A stretch of DNA of 64,000 nt from NCBI GenBank assembly GCA_031411135.1, contig JANOAN010000007.1:4214-68213 (forward strand), given 5' to 3'. The first letter of the stretch is position 1; every line of letters begins with the position of its first letter. This document shows, in pieces, positions 40,337 to 51,163 of the stretch. Made by a program: the position numbers and the translations under genes. Origin of the DNA: a bacterium. GTDB taxonomy: Bacteria > Patescibacteriota > Minisyncoccia > Phycocordibacterales > CAIZLB01. The notes below the pieces were generated by a model. That model was not told the origin of the DNA, did no database searches, and saw only the letters and a program-made list of their open reading frames with translations.

Positions 40337-40810
40337 ATGAATAATAACAAAGGAATTATTTTAGGAGTTATCGTTTTGGTTTTGATCGCAGGTGGTGTCT
40401 ATGCATCAATGAATGGTAAAGATAGTGACATGATGGCTTCTGATATTAAATCTGGTGATCAGGCGATGGTGGAAAAAAAATCAGACAATATGGTAAAAGC
40501 CGGCACGTATGAAGCATACTTAGCTGAAAGTGTTGCTATGGCATCTGATACTCACGATGTTGTCTTGTTTTTCAGAGCAAGCTGGTGCCCTACATGTAGA
40601 GCATTGGATTCTGATATAAATTTAAATTCAAAAATGATTCCCGCTAGTTTGAGTATACTGGACGTTGATTATGATAAATCGACAGATTTGAAGAAAAAAT
40701 ATAGTGTCACTTATCAGCACACTTTTGTTCAGGTGGATAATAAAGGAAATTTGATCAAAAAGTGGAGCGGAAGCCCTACTTTGGCTGCACTTGTGGCAGA
40801 ATTAAAATAG
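40337..40810 (+). CDS. Membrane-anchored thioredoxin-family protein
   Basis: FRASWCPTC, N-terminal TM. Confidence 0.9.
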   Translation: MNNNKGIILGVIVLVLIAGGVYASMNGKDSDMMASDIKSGDQAMVEKKSDNMVKAGTYEAYLAESVAMASDTHDVVLFFRASWCPTCRALDSDINLNSKMIPASLSILDVDYDKSTDLKKKYSVTYQHTFVQVDNKGNLIKKWSGSPTLAALVAELK

Positions 40811-40811
40811 C

Positions 40812-42638
40812 ATGTTTCTATTTTTACTTTCCTTCATCGCTGGGATTCTAACAATTCTTGCACCATGTACGCTTCCTTTGCTTCCACTTATGGTTGGAAG
40901 CTCGATTGCGGGGGGTGGGGAATCAGCTTCAACAAATAAAAAGAAAGCTTTTACGATTGCAGCGTCGCTCGGTATTTCAATTGTTCTCTTTACTTTCATC
41001 CTAAAGGTCAGCACTGCCTTTATTGATATACCGCCGTATACTTGGTCTATTATTTCCGGAGTGATCATTGTAATATTCGGATTAATCACAGTTTTTCCAT
41101 CCATTTGGGAAAAAATTCCCTTTGTTTCAAAGTTAAGCATTGGATCTAACAAACTACTCGGTACTGGCTACCAAAAGAAAAGTTTCTGGGGGGGATGTAA
41201 TTATCGGTGCTTCACTTGGTCCTGTATTTACTACATGTAGTCCAACTTACTTTATTATTCTGGCCACGGTTCTTCCGCAGTCGTTCTTGGTGGGTCTTTT
41301 AGATTTAGTCGCATATGCCGTGGGGCTCTCAGGGATGGTCCTTCTCGTGGCTTTTCTTGGGCAGAAAGTTGTAAATCGATTAGGGGTGTTCTCTGATCCA
41401 AGAGGGATATTTAAAAAAGTCCTCGGAATCATATTCTTGATTATTGGTGTACTGATACTATTTGGTTTTGACAAAGTGCTTGAAACTAAACTTTTAGATT
41501 CAGGAATCTTTGATATTACAAAAGTTGAACAAAAGTTATTAGAATTAAATAATAAACCAAGCGTTAGACTGGAAGACCAGTTGAAAGATTTGCCAGCCCA
41601 GACATGTAACGCGACGTCATGTTTACCAACTGTTAATTTGAATGAAACAACAACTAATGTTGTTTCTACTACTTCTGTAATTCAAAAGATTCAAAAATCA
41701 CAAGATGCTAGGCCTAAGGGTATTCCCGCACCTGAAATTACTAATCCAAGTGATTTCATCAACACTGATGGTAAACCAATTACAATTTCACAATTTAGAA
41801 ATAAAAAAGTTGTACTCATAGATTTCTGGACTTACAGTTGTATTAACTGCCAAAGAAGCCTTCCATATGTAAACGCTTGGTATGACAAATACAAAGATCA
41901 AGGATTAGAAGTAATTGGAATTCACACCCCAGAATTTGCTTTTGAAAAAGTAAAAGAAAACGTTGAAAAAGCCACCAAGAGATTTGGAGTTAAGTATCCA
42001 GTGGTAATGGATAATAATTACGGAACTTGGGGAGCGTTTGACAATAATTCTTGGCCGAGAAAATACTTGATTGATGAAAATGGGGAAATTATATATGACC
42101 ACATTGGTGAAGGGGAATATGACACGACAGAGTTGGTTATACAAAATGCGTTAAAAAATCTACATGCAAATGATCAGATGACTGTCTCGAAAGGGATTGT
42201 GGCACCAACAAACGCCATCGATCCTTCAACTATCAAAGTGGGTAGTCCTGAAGTTTATTTTGGTTCTGGAAGAAATCAGTACTTGTCGAATGGTCAAAAA
42301 AGAACAACAGGTGTTCAACAATTTACAATTCCCCAAACTATATTTAAAAACTCATTGTACCTAGGCGGTGCTTGGAATATTCAGAATGAATATGCTGAAG
42401 GACAATGATCTTCAACTATTACTTTCGATTACAAAGCTAAAAACGTCTACATGGTCGCAAGCGCCGACAAGCCAATCACTTTGCACATATATATATAGAC
42501 AACGTTAAGACTAGAGACGTGATAGTTTCAGAAAACACCTTGTATACCTTAGTAGAGGGATCAGAATATGGAGAACACCTCTTGAGAATCGAAACTGACG
42601 GGGCAGGGCTGAAGGCATTTACCTTTACGTTCGGGTAG
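40812..42638 (+). pseudogene. DipZ-like CcdA plus thioredoxin fusion, disrupted
   Basis: PCTLP, TTCSP, FWTYSCINC, terminal AFTFTFG; frameshift at G7, TGA at 42406, frameshift at (AT)n. Confidence 0.85.
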
Positions 42639-42717
42639 AGTTTGTTCCTAGACATCCTATATTATAAAATATATAATTTTAAGTATTAATACTTAAGATT
42701 ATATATTTTATTATCTC

Positions 42718-45700
42718 ATGAAAAAATTCCTACTAGCTACTTTTGTACTAGCTGCAGCCTTCTTCTCTGTTAATTTTCCGAGCACTACAGATGCTGCCTC
42801 TTTTGTTAAAAAAATTATAGTTCCAAGAGATCAGTTTACCTCATCAACGGGTATTAGATTGTCCTCAGGAATTCTGGTTGGCAATAAATTGTATGTACCA
42901 GTAGGCAGTTCATCGGGCGTCGCAGTCATCGATGTAAACAGCGACACTTTTTTAAAAGCTATTCCATATAATAAAGCTTACGCAGCAAACTCAAGAACAC
43001 TCATTGGTTCAAAAATATACTTTACATCACAGAATAGTATTGATGTGTTAGATACCACAACTGATACAATTGTGAGTAGTTATTCAGACGGGAACATAAC
43101 CGCTCTCGGTGCCCTCACCCTGGTTGCTCCTAATATTGCCTATGCACCATCAGGGCAAGGTGTGATGGTATTTAATACGTCTACAAATAAAATAGAATCA
43201 AAAATTCCAAGGATAAAAGCAAAGACTTATTCAACCGCAGTTTATGGTAGTTATGGGGCAAGTTATTTGTCTGGTAATAAATTTTATGCAGTAAACGTAG
43301 ACGGTTACGGGGGTATTGATGTTTTCGACACTTCTACAAATGAATTTGTAATGACTATTAATAAAGGTACAGCCTATAACTATGCTGGCGCACCTGTTCT
43401 TAATGGAGATAAATTATATGCCATCAGATATGGTAGTTCTAAATATGTAGACATAATTAACACAAACACAAATACAGTTTCTGATTCAATAAAACTAGCA
43501 TATGATCTAAGACCATCGATTACTGTTATCGGAAATAAGTTGTTTGCCCTACCTTATAGTAGTGGTCATATAGATGTCTATGATCTTACAACAAAACAAC
43601 TTGTAGCCCAGATTCCAAATGTAAATGGTTATTCGGGAGCGGTGGGAACATTGGTTGGAAATAATCTGTATCTTCCAAGTTACAGTAAGACTGTTGTTGA
43701 TGTTGTTGATGTTGTAAATAATAAATTAATAACAAGTATTAATACTGCCAGCAATTACTACGATTCAGCTACTTTGGTTGGAACAAAGTTATACGTGCCA
43801 AGCTTTAATACAGTAATAGATGTGATCGATACTGTCGGCGATTCAACTGGTATTGTAGCAGTCCCTTATTCAGACCCTGTCTTGTTATCAGAGGTACCAC
43901 AGACAAACCCTATACCAAGTAATACATACAAGTTCGATCCAGTTAATGGAATAAAAAATGTTCCTATCTACAATTTTAGTCTTAATTCGAAAAGTGAAAG
44001 GTCTGATATTGAACATATCTTCTTTGGCTACAATAATTTAATAGGAACAATACCTACAGATTTCCATCTTTATGTAGGAAGTTCAACATTGATTAATGTC
44101 AAGCCGAGGATAACTCCAGTAAGTTTTGTGTTCGATTATATTAATCGCAGTATTCCAGCAGATACTACCGAATCATTCACGGTTACAGCGGATTTTCCTG
44201 GAAGCGGTTACTCTACTTCAAGTGTGGGTATCTATCTCGCTGGAGTTAGTTACAGAGATAAAACTCGCAAGTCAATTAACTTAGGAGGTACGACTGTTAC
44301 ACAAAGTGGATCTGGTGGGGTCTCTACATCCATCCCAAATCCTGTTGGTTCTTATAAAGGTCAAACACAGTATTTTGTTAGAAATTCATCTGCTGTTAAT
44401 TCTGTAGCGACAACTACTGCAACTCTTACTGTAAATGGAAGTCATAACGTCACTGTGAGCCCGGGTGATAATTTGTTATTTTCATGGAGCTCTGTAAATG
44501 CAAGTAGTTATTCACCAAATGTTGTGCCATCAAAAACAAGTTGTAATGGGTATGATTTAGCCCTCGTGTTCTCATTAAACGGAACTTACAACGGCCAAGC
44601 GCCGCAGAAACCTGGATGTTCATACGAGCTAACATATACTGCTGGAATAAACGGAGTTCCAAATTCTAATTCTTCAGATACGGTTGTTATTAATGTTAAG
44701 GATCAAAAGCCAGCATCTCTGAGTGCTGTGATAGAAAAGGATCCTTTAGGATCAAATGTCTATAGTATTGATCCTTACGACACTACAACTGTACCCTTAT
44801 ATAGCTTCAAACTTAAATCACAAGATGGAAATTCGACAATTACATCTATTTCACTAAATGTTCTTTCCGAGTCTGGAACACACACTTCTCCAAAGACACT
44901 ATATCTTTATGATGGCTCAACATTGTTAAGTTCTAAAACTGTATCTGATAGGTTTGTTGTATTTAACAATCTAAACTATGTAGTTGGTTCAGATGTAACA
45001 AAAATGTTCACTGTTAAGGGGGATTTTCCTACAAATACAGTATCGACATCCACTGCCTCTTTGTCTGTTAGTGGTATTACTTACAAGATTTCAAATGGTA
45101 CAACTCCATATATGGGGATTCTTCCGTTGGCTGGTCAAACTCAGTATCTAGTAAAAAAAGGATCAGTAAGTGAAGAAACAAATTCTACACCTTGTACTTC
45201 GCCAATTCCTACATTCTCTGTTAATGCTACAGTCGGAGACAGTAATGATGTTGTGCACAACTTAAAGTGTTTCCTAAGTTCAAAAGGCTATCTATTGGGG
45301 AACTACTTGAATAATTATTATGGAGATAAAACTAAAGCAGCCTTAGCAACGTATCAAGTTTCAAAAGGTATTACACCAAATGACGGTGTGAATTTCGGTC
45401 CGATTACCAGAGCGGCGGTGAATGCGGATATTGCATCAGTAGTAAAACCACTACCAGTTGTTGTTACAACTACATCAGCAACCGCTCCTTCAATTCAGAC
45501 AACAACTCCTGTTATACCAGCTACCCCTCAACCAACCGCCTCACTCACAGCGAATGATAAAAGTGGAGATGTAACTGTTTATGTTAATGAGCCACTAACC
45601 TACAAATGGACTTCAACAAACGCAAACATATTCAGATCAAGTTACATTGGATCACCAGCATCATGTGGTTCAGGAGATAATTGGGTTGCAAGTACAACAA

Positions 45701-46335
45701 ACGGTTCATCATATACAGCGTCACTCCCTACAAGTTTTGCAAACTGTACATACAACATTACTTACAGTGTAAGCAATGAGAAATCACCAATATGTGCTAC
45801 AAGTGCATTCTTAAAACTTCGCGTGCTCGAGAGACCTAAGGTTGTTGTTCCAAGTACTACCGTTGCCCCAGCTCCTGTGGTAAATCCTCCCGTTTCATCA
45901 GCACCTACTCCATCTGTTGCGACTACAACAAATCCAACAGCATCCCTTACAGTTACGGTGAATGGACAAATGTATACTGGATCAGTAAATGTAAAAGTAG
46001 GTGATGTCTTGAATTACGAATGGAGCTCTACAAACGCTGATATAGGACAATCATTATACTCAAGTCAAAAGTGCGGGACAGGTTTGTGGACCGCAAAAGA
46101 TACTGGAAACAAATGGATTGTTAAGCTTGATAGTAATCAAGCAGCAGGATGTAACTACACAATTCTTTATGTCGTAACACAAAAAGCCACAGGAAAGACA
46201 GCTCGTGCTGAATTGAAGGTAAATGTAGCACCAATGACGACTTCGCTAAATTCAAAAAACTCTAATAAAAATACTGCATCAGTTACCAACACTTTAAACT
46301 GGATAGTTGGTTCAATTAAAGGTATCTTCAAGTAG
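42718..46335 (+). CDS. Large secreted surface protein: beta-propeller, Ig-like and peptidoglycan-binding domains
   Basis: Signal peptide, GNKLYV repeats, KAALATYQ..NFGPITRA, WSSTNA..C modules. Confidence 0.88.
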   Translation: MKKFLLATFVLAAAFFSVNFPSTTDAASFVKKIIVPRDQFTSSTGIRLSSGILVGNKLYVPVGSSSGVAVIDVNSDTFLKAIPYNKAYAANSRTLIGSKIYFTSQNSIDVLDTTTDTIVSSYSDGNITALGALTLVAPNIAYAPSGQGVMVFNTSTNKIESKIPRIKAKTYSTAVYGSYGASYLSGNKFYAVNVDGYGGIDVFDTSTNEFVMTINKGTAYNYAGAPVLNGDKLYAIRYGSSKYVDIINTNTNTVSDSIKLAYDLRPSITVIGNKLFALPYSSGHIDVYDLTTKQLVAQIPNVNGYSGAVGTLVGNNLYLPSYSKTVVDVVDVVNNKLITSINTASNYYDSATLVGTKLYVPSFNTVIDVIDTVGDSTGIVAVPYSDPVLLSEVPQTNPIPSNTYKFDPVNGIKNVPIYNFSLNSKSERSDIEHIFFGYNNLIGTIPTDFHLYVGSSTLINVKPRITPVSFVFDYINRSIPADTTESFTVTADFPGSGYSTSSVGIYLAGVSYRDKTRKSINLGGTTVTQSGSGGVSTSIPNPVGSYKGQTQYFVRNSSAVNSVATTTATLTVNGSHNVTVSPGDNLLFSWSSVNASSYSPNVVPSKTSCNGYDLALVFSLNGTYNGQAPQKPGCSYELTYTAGINGVPNSNSSDTVVINVKDQKPASLSAVIEKDPLGSNVYSIDPYDTTTVPLYSFKLKSQDGNSTITSISLNVLSESGTHTSPKTLYLYDGSTLLSSKTVSDRFVVFNNLNYVVGSDVTKMFTVKGDFPTNTVSTSTASLSVSGITYKISNGTTPYMGILPLAGQTQYLVKKGSVSEETNSTPCTSPIPTFSVNATVGDSNDVVHNLKCFLSSKGYLLGNYLNNYYGDKTKAALATYQVSKGITPNDGVNFGPITRAAVNADIASVVKPLPVVVTTTSATAPSIQTTTPVIPATPQPTASLTANDKSGDVTVYVNEPLTYKWTSTNANIFRSSYIGSPASCGSGDNWVASTTNGSSYTASLPTSFANCTYNITYSVSNEKSPICATSAFLKLRVLERPKVVVPSTTVAPAPVVNPPVSSAPTPSVATTTNPTASLTVTVNGQMYTGSVNVKVGDVLNYEWSSTNADIGQSLYSSQKCGTGLWTAKDTGNKWIVKLDSNQAAGCNYTILYVVTQKATGKTARAELKVNVAPMTTSLNSKNSNKNTASVTNTLNWIVGSIKGIFK

Positions 46336-46420
46336 GTCTTATTGTTTTCCCTATACATTTAAAAAATACCAAGTTATAATTTAAGTTATCTTAATAATAA
46401 TATTTGGCACCTACTTAAAA

Positions 46421-49400
46421 ATGAAAAAAATTATACTTTACTCGTCCCTAATTGTGCTTACTCTCCTCAGCTTTAATTCGACGGTATTTGCAGTTGAAAA
46501 TTCAATTACAGTGGAGGTCCCGGCTGGAAACTATTTGGCAAGGTCATTTATGGAATTTAACGTACCGGTTAGCTACACTGCTAATGTTGGTTCTACATAT
46601 GAGATTAGTCTAGTTAGTGCAAATGCTGAAAAATCTTTTAAATCAAACTATACAAGAAAATACCACCCTAGTATTTATACTAAAGATGTCTCCTTTGATT
46701 CAGCAGTTTTAACTGATGGAACTTATCGTGTTCGAGTCACAGAGTTCGATAGTAATGGTAAAAAAATTGCGACTGGTGATTCGCAAAACTTAATTACTGT
46801 AACAAAAGTTAAAGATTGCGATTTAAGAGCATTTGCCGGGGTATCAATCGGTAGTACAAAAGGTGATGCTGTCAGGTATTATTACACTGCTAATAATTCA
46901 GAAAGGGGGGCTACAGACTACATGACTCAATCATATCAAGGTGCCTACTTGGGTATTACCGATGAGGGTATACAATTTTATACACCAGAATCAAACGTAC
47001 CTGGAACTTTGCCAATGTACAGAATGTACAACTCTGTTAAAAAAGACCACTACTATGTTATTGATCAAATCGATTTAGATAATGCCAAAAGTAAAGGCTA
47101 TGTAAGTCAGGGTGTTGTTGGGTATGTACTACAAACACAGTTACCAAATACTGTTCCTCTAATTAGTGTTATAGATGTAAATACTCACAGGTTAATAACA
47201 CGTGATATTTCTCTATACGATTATCAAATAAAAAAAGGAATTTTTAAAGAAATAAAAACATTAGGTTATGTTTTTGTACCAGCAGATCGTGATGGTACAC
47301 CTTATTTTAATTTTTCTAAGCGGTTAGATTCTGACTACAGAGAAGTTTGTCCTGCATTTAACAATAAAAGTACTGATCTAAGGTTGCAGCAAATTTTTCT
47401 GAGTGCATTAGGATCATCAACACGAAAGGTTTATGAGGATTCTTTGGCAACAGTAAAGCCGGTGGTGGCAACAACTCCATCAGAAGAAACAAATGTGACG
47501 ACTTGTCCTTCACCGATTCCAACCTTCTCTCTAAATGCGACAGTCGGGGACAGTAACGATGTGGTCCATAGCATGAAATGCTTCCTTAGTTCAAAAGGTT
47601 ATTTGTTAGAAAAATACTTAAATAATTATTTTGGAAATAATACAAAGGTTGCGTTGGCTGCATATCAAACTTCAAAGGGGATACAACCAAATGATGGTGT
47701 AAATTTTGGTCCGATTACGAGAGCGGCGATGAATGCGGATTTGGCTGCAGGCGTAACACTCGGTTCAATCACGGTTAATACCCCAAACGGAGGAATATAC
47801 GACAATGGTGCCACTCAGTCTATTATTATTATCGGTTGGAATGCATACAATGGAGATTTTGAAAACTATACAGTTACTCTAGGTAATACACTGTTGAATG
47901 TTGAACAAAACATTACTCCTGAGGTGATAAATAAACTATCAAATGGATACAACACAACGTCAGGCCAAGTTCAATCTTGGGTATCTGGATGGACTGGAAA
48001 GCCTGCCCCCACAGAAGGTTACTATTTCAAAGTCTTCGCTGTTAAAAAAGATGGAGCTGGATCTAGAAATGTTGCTGTGGGTAAAAGTAGTTCTTTTAGT
48101 ATAAGGACTGATCAAATATCCTCAATAAGTCCCCTTAAAGGATCTGGTGGAGAAGTGGTCACTATTAAGGGTAAGAACCTTTCAGCTGACAGCAAAATTA
48201 TTTTCCTTAAGGGTGGAGTTTGGAAGGGAGAATTAGGTGGACCAAGTATATTATCAGTAAATTCAAGCAATATAACTTTTACATTAAGCAAAACCTTTAC
48301 TAATAATATCGGAGCGGGTCTATATCAAGTAGGATTACAAAATTCAATTGGAGTAAAGAGTAACACCCTTAATTTCGAAGTAGTTGCAACTCCTGCACCT
48401 GCACCAACAGCCTCACTTACAGCAAATGACCAAAGTGGAGATGTCACCGTCTACGTAGGTGAGCCTCTTACATATAAATGGACTTCAACAAATGCAACAA
48501 TTGCCAAGTCTTCTTATACAAGTTCGCCTTCGTCATGCGGGTCATCAAATTCATGGGTTGCGAGTACTACAAGCGGATTTTCTTCTACGCAATCAGTGCC
48601 AACCAGTGCTGCAAATTGTACGTTTAATATTACCTACAGTGTTTCAAGAAATAATGTAAGTAACTTCACTGCAGCTCCAGTATTAAAGCTTCGTGTTCTT
48701 GAGAGACCAAAAGTTGTGCAACCAGTCACTGCACCTACTCCAGTTGTATTAGCAACTATTCCAGATCCAACAGCAACCCTCACACTTAATGGTCAAACTG
48801 GCACGGTTAATGTACGGGTTGGTGATGTTCTAAACTACGTATGGAGTTCAACTAATGCTTCAAGTGGTACTTCGGTTTACACAAGTCCAACCTGCGGTAG
48901 TGGCAAATGGGCTGCAAGCGATACTGGTAACAAATGGTCACCTGTAACCCCGAGTAACAATGCTGGTTGTGTTTTTAAAATTACCTATACAGTCACACAA
49001 ACTAGAACAGGGAAGACTGCCACATCGGAACTAACCGTTAATGTTGCTAGTGTTCCAAGTCCTGTTGTGCAACCAACCGCTCAGGTTGTTTCAACTAGCA
49101 GTACCTTTGCCATCCCTGTTCCTGTTGCAAATCCTACTATCCCAGCCCCCACAGCAACTTTCACACTTAATGGTCAAACTGGCACAGTTAATGTACGTGT
49201 TGGTGATGTCTTGAATTACGTATGGAGTTCAACTAATGCCTCAAGTGGAAGTTCAACATACACAAGTCCAACCTGCGGTAGTGGTAAATGGGCTGCAAGC
49301 GACACAGGTAACAAATGGTCACCTATAGTTCCAAGTAACAATATTGGTTGCAGTTACACAATCACATACACTGTGACACAGCCTTCAACTGGTAAAACAG

Positions 49401-49513
49401 CAAAAGCCGTGTTGGTGGTTAATGTTGCCTCAGTTCCAGTTTCAGCTAATTCAGCGGCTGCATCGAATGCTTTTAACTGGCTATTCAATTCAGTAAAAAA
49501 CATCTTCAAATAG
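46421..49513 (+). CDS. Large secreted surface protein: DUF5648-like repeats, peptidoglycan-binding, IPT and Ig-like domains
   Basis: PMYRMYN..DHYY..GY..QGVVGYV; NFGPITRA; ISSISP; repeated WSSTNA modules. Confidence 0.88.
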   Translation: MKKIILYSSLIVLTLLSFNSTVFAVENSITVEVPAGNYLARSFMEFNVPVSYTANVGSTYEISLVSANAEKSFKSNYTRKYHPSIYTKDVSFDSAVLTDGTYRVRVTEFDSNGKKIATGDSQNLITVTKVKDCDLRAFAGVSIGSTKGDAVRYYYTANNSERGATDYMTQSYQGAYLGITDEGIQFYTPESNVPGTLPMYRMYNSVKKDHYYVIDQIDLDNAKSKGYVSQGVVGYVLQTQLPNTVPLISVIDVNTHRLITRDISLYDYQIKKGIFKEIKTLGYVFVPADRDGTPYFNFSKRLDSDYREVCPAFNNKSTDLRLQQIFLSALGSSTRKVYEDSLATVKPVVATTPSEETNVTTCPSPIPTFSLNATVGDSNDVVHSMKCFLSSKGYLLEKYLNNYFGNNTKVALAAYQTSKGIQPNDGVNFGPITRAAMNADLAAGVTLGSITVNTPNGGIYDNGATQSIIIIGWNAYNGDFENYTVTLGNTLLNVEQNITPEVINKLSNGYNTTSGQVQSWVSGWTGKPAPTEGYYFKVFAVKKDGAGSRNVAVGKSSSFSIRTDQISSISPLKGSGGEVVTIKGKNLSADSKIIFLKGGVWKGELGGPSILSVNSSNITFTLSKTFTNNIGAGLYQVGLQNSIGVKSNTLNFEVVATPAPAPTASLTANDQSGDVTVYVGEPLTYKWTSTNATIAKSSYTSSPSSCGSSNSWVASTTSGFSSTQSVPTSAANCTFNITYSVSRNNVSNFTAAPVLKLRVLERPKVVQPVTAPTPVVLATIPDPTATLTLNGQTGTVNVRVGDVLNYVWSSTNASSGTSVYTSPTCGSGKWAASDTGNKWSPVTPSNNAGCVFKITYTVTQTRTGKTATSELTVNVASVPSPVVQPTAQVVSTSSTFAIPVPVANPTIPAPTATFTLNGQTGTVNVRVGDVLNYVWSSTNASSGSSTYTSPTCGSGKWAASDTGNKWSPIVPSNNIGCSYTITYTVTQPSTGKTAKAVLVVNVASVPVSANSAAASNAFNWLFNSVKNIFK
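48781..49323 (+). repeat. Near-identical intragenic duplication of ~160 bp, offset 381 bp
   Basis: CACACTTAATGGTCAAACTGGCAC...AAATGGTCACCT at 48781 and 49162. Confidence 0.85.
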
Positions 49514-49576
49514 ATCTTATTGTTACAACACATTTCTGCACTTGACAATAGCCTAAAAAAGGCATATTTTCAGGGT

Positions 49577-50770
49577 ATGAAAAACCTAATTAAAAGCATC
49601 CTAAAGAGTCATAAAGCCTTGTTTGCAGCGGTTTTTAGCCTTAGTCTGGTGTTTACAAGCGCCTTTGGTGTGGTTGATGTTGCCTTAGCTTCAACTCCTC
49701 AGTTAAATGTTGTTGCAAATAGCGGTAATCAGATTCAGATAAACGTGACCAATGCAGATATGAATTCTTCAGTTAATTTATATTATAACTTCTCATCATC
49801 ATCAAATATTTTTGTTGCAAATCTCGGAACAACAAATTCTTCAGGGTATTTTTCTACAACATTAAATCAGAACTCGTATTCGATTCCGCAGAACGCCTAT
49901 GTCTATGTAATTGTAAACGGACAGTCTTCGAATACTGTTTTGTGGCCTAATAACGTGAATAACTACGGAAGTGTGACTCTAAGTCAGACTAATTTAACTT
50001 TGGGGTATAACCAGTCTGGAAATGTAACAATCTACGGTGGAAACGGAGGATACTATGTCTCGAGTAACTCAAACTTATCAATTGTTTCTGCAAGTGTCAG
50101 CGGGTCAACTTTAAATCTAAATACTTATAACACGACTGGAAACTCTACTCTGACTGTGTGCAGCTACAACAACACGGGTTGTGCAACTTTGTATGTGTAT
50201 GTTCAATCAAATTCCAATTACAATCAGCCAACATATTTTTCACAGAGTAGTATAAATATTAATGTTGGACAGGGAATGGCGGTCACTATCTATGGCTCTG
50301 GTTCTTACACTATTTCAAGCAATTCAAACCCTACTGCAATTTCTTCTCTAGTAAACGGCAGTATCTTGAATGTATATGGAAGTGCTCCTGGATCTGGAAC
50401 TTTGAATGTTTGCTCAACGTCAGGTAATGGTGGATGTGCAAGCTTATATGTAACAGTGGGGAATTATGCTTACAATAACAATAATAATAACGGATACACT
50501 GGTTACACTACTTATACAAGCGGAACTTCTTACAACGGATACCCATACGGATACACTTACAACAACAATGCATACAATAACAACTACAGTAATCGGGGCA
50601 AAGTTCTAGGAGCTTCCACTGATTCTCCATCAAGAATTTATCTAAGCCAGGTTCCTTCAACCGGAATATCTCTAAATTTAAAAGTAGTTTTGTTCCTGAT
50701 CGGATTGCTTTCATGGAGTTTGTTTGCGGCATATATTTATATGGCAAAGCAGAAAAAGATAGTCAGATAA
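49577..50770 (+). CDS. Secreted Ser/Asn-rich protein with C-terminal membrane anchor
   Basis: Signal peptide, two Ig-like repeats, VLGAST, LSQVPSTG + TM + basic tail; TTGACA promoter. Confidence 0.85.
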   Translation: MKNLIKSILKSHKALFAAVFSLSLVFTSAFGVVDVALASTPQLNVVANSGNQIQINVTNADMNSSVNLYYNFSSSSNIFVANLGTTNSSGYFSTTLNQNSYSIPQNAYVYVIVNGQSSNTVLWPNNVNNYGSVTLSQTNLTLGYNQSGNVTIYGGNGGYYVSSNSNLSIVSASVSGSTLNLNTYNTTGNSTLTVCSYNNTGCATLYVYVQSNSNYNQPTYFSQSSININVGQGMAVTIYGSGSYTISSNSNPTAISSLVNGSILNVYGSAPGSGTLNVCSTSGNGGCASLYVTVGNYAYNNNNNNGYTGYTTYTSGTSYNGYPYGYTYNNNAYNNNYSNRGKVLGASTDSPSRIYLSQVPSTGISLNLKVVLFLIGLLSWSLFAAYIYMAKQKKIVR

Positions 50771-50776
50771 GTGTTT

Positions 50777-50819
50777 AAAAGAAAAAACCGACTTCTTTAA
50801 GAAGTCGGTTTTTTCTTTT
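50777..50819. terminator. Bidirectional intrinsic terminator
   Basis: 20-bp perfect inverted repeat between convergent genes. Confidence 0.9.
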
Positions 50820-50828
50820 GTTTGTCGT

Positions 50829-51038
50829 CTATTGAGCCGCCCCTCCACTATTTCCTGACCCTGTCGGAAGTGTGACGTTTATATTTGCTCCTGGAGTAGC
50901 CGCTGGAGTTTTACCTCTCATGTATCCTGGCCATATGAATAGTGCGCCAAGTACTAGAAGGATTACAACGATTAATAATGCTATAAATCCGGCTCCTGAA
51001 TCTCCACCTGAATTGGGAGTGTTTACGATTGTTGTCAT
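50829..51038 (-). CDS. Small single-TM protein
   Basis: 69 aa with central hydrophobic helix. Confidence 0.7.
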   Translation of the reverse strand: MTTIVNTPNSGGDSGAGFIALLIVVILLVLGALFIWPGYMRGKTPAATPGANINVTLPTGSGNSGGAAQ

Positions 51039-51163
51039 GTGTTTATTTTATTTATTAAATATTTAACTTACGATGTATAAGCCGTATCAATCTAAAAGTG
51101 ATTACTGGGTTTATAAAAAGAAAACCGCTCGACTGAAGCCGGGCGGGTTTCAGTGAGCGGGGT

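Noticed and set aside
28995-42408. Genetic code 25 or 4 (TGA reassigned)
   Set aside because: Long core genes contain no in-frame TGA, and TGA ends several genes plausibly.
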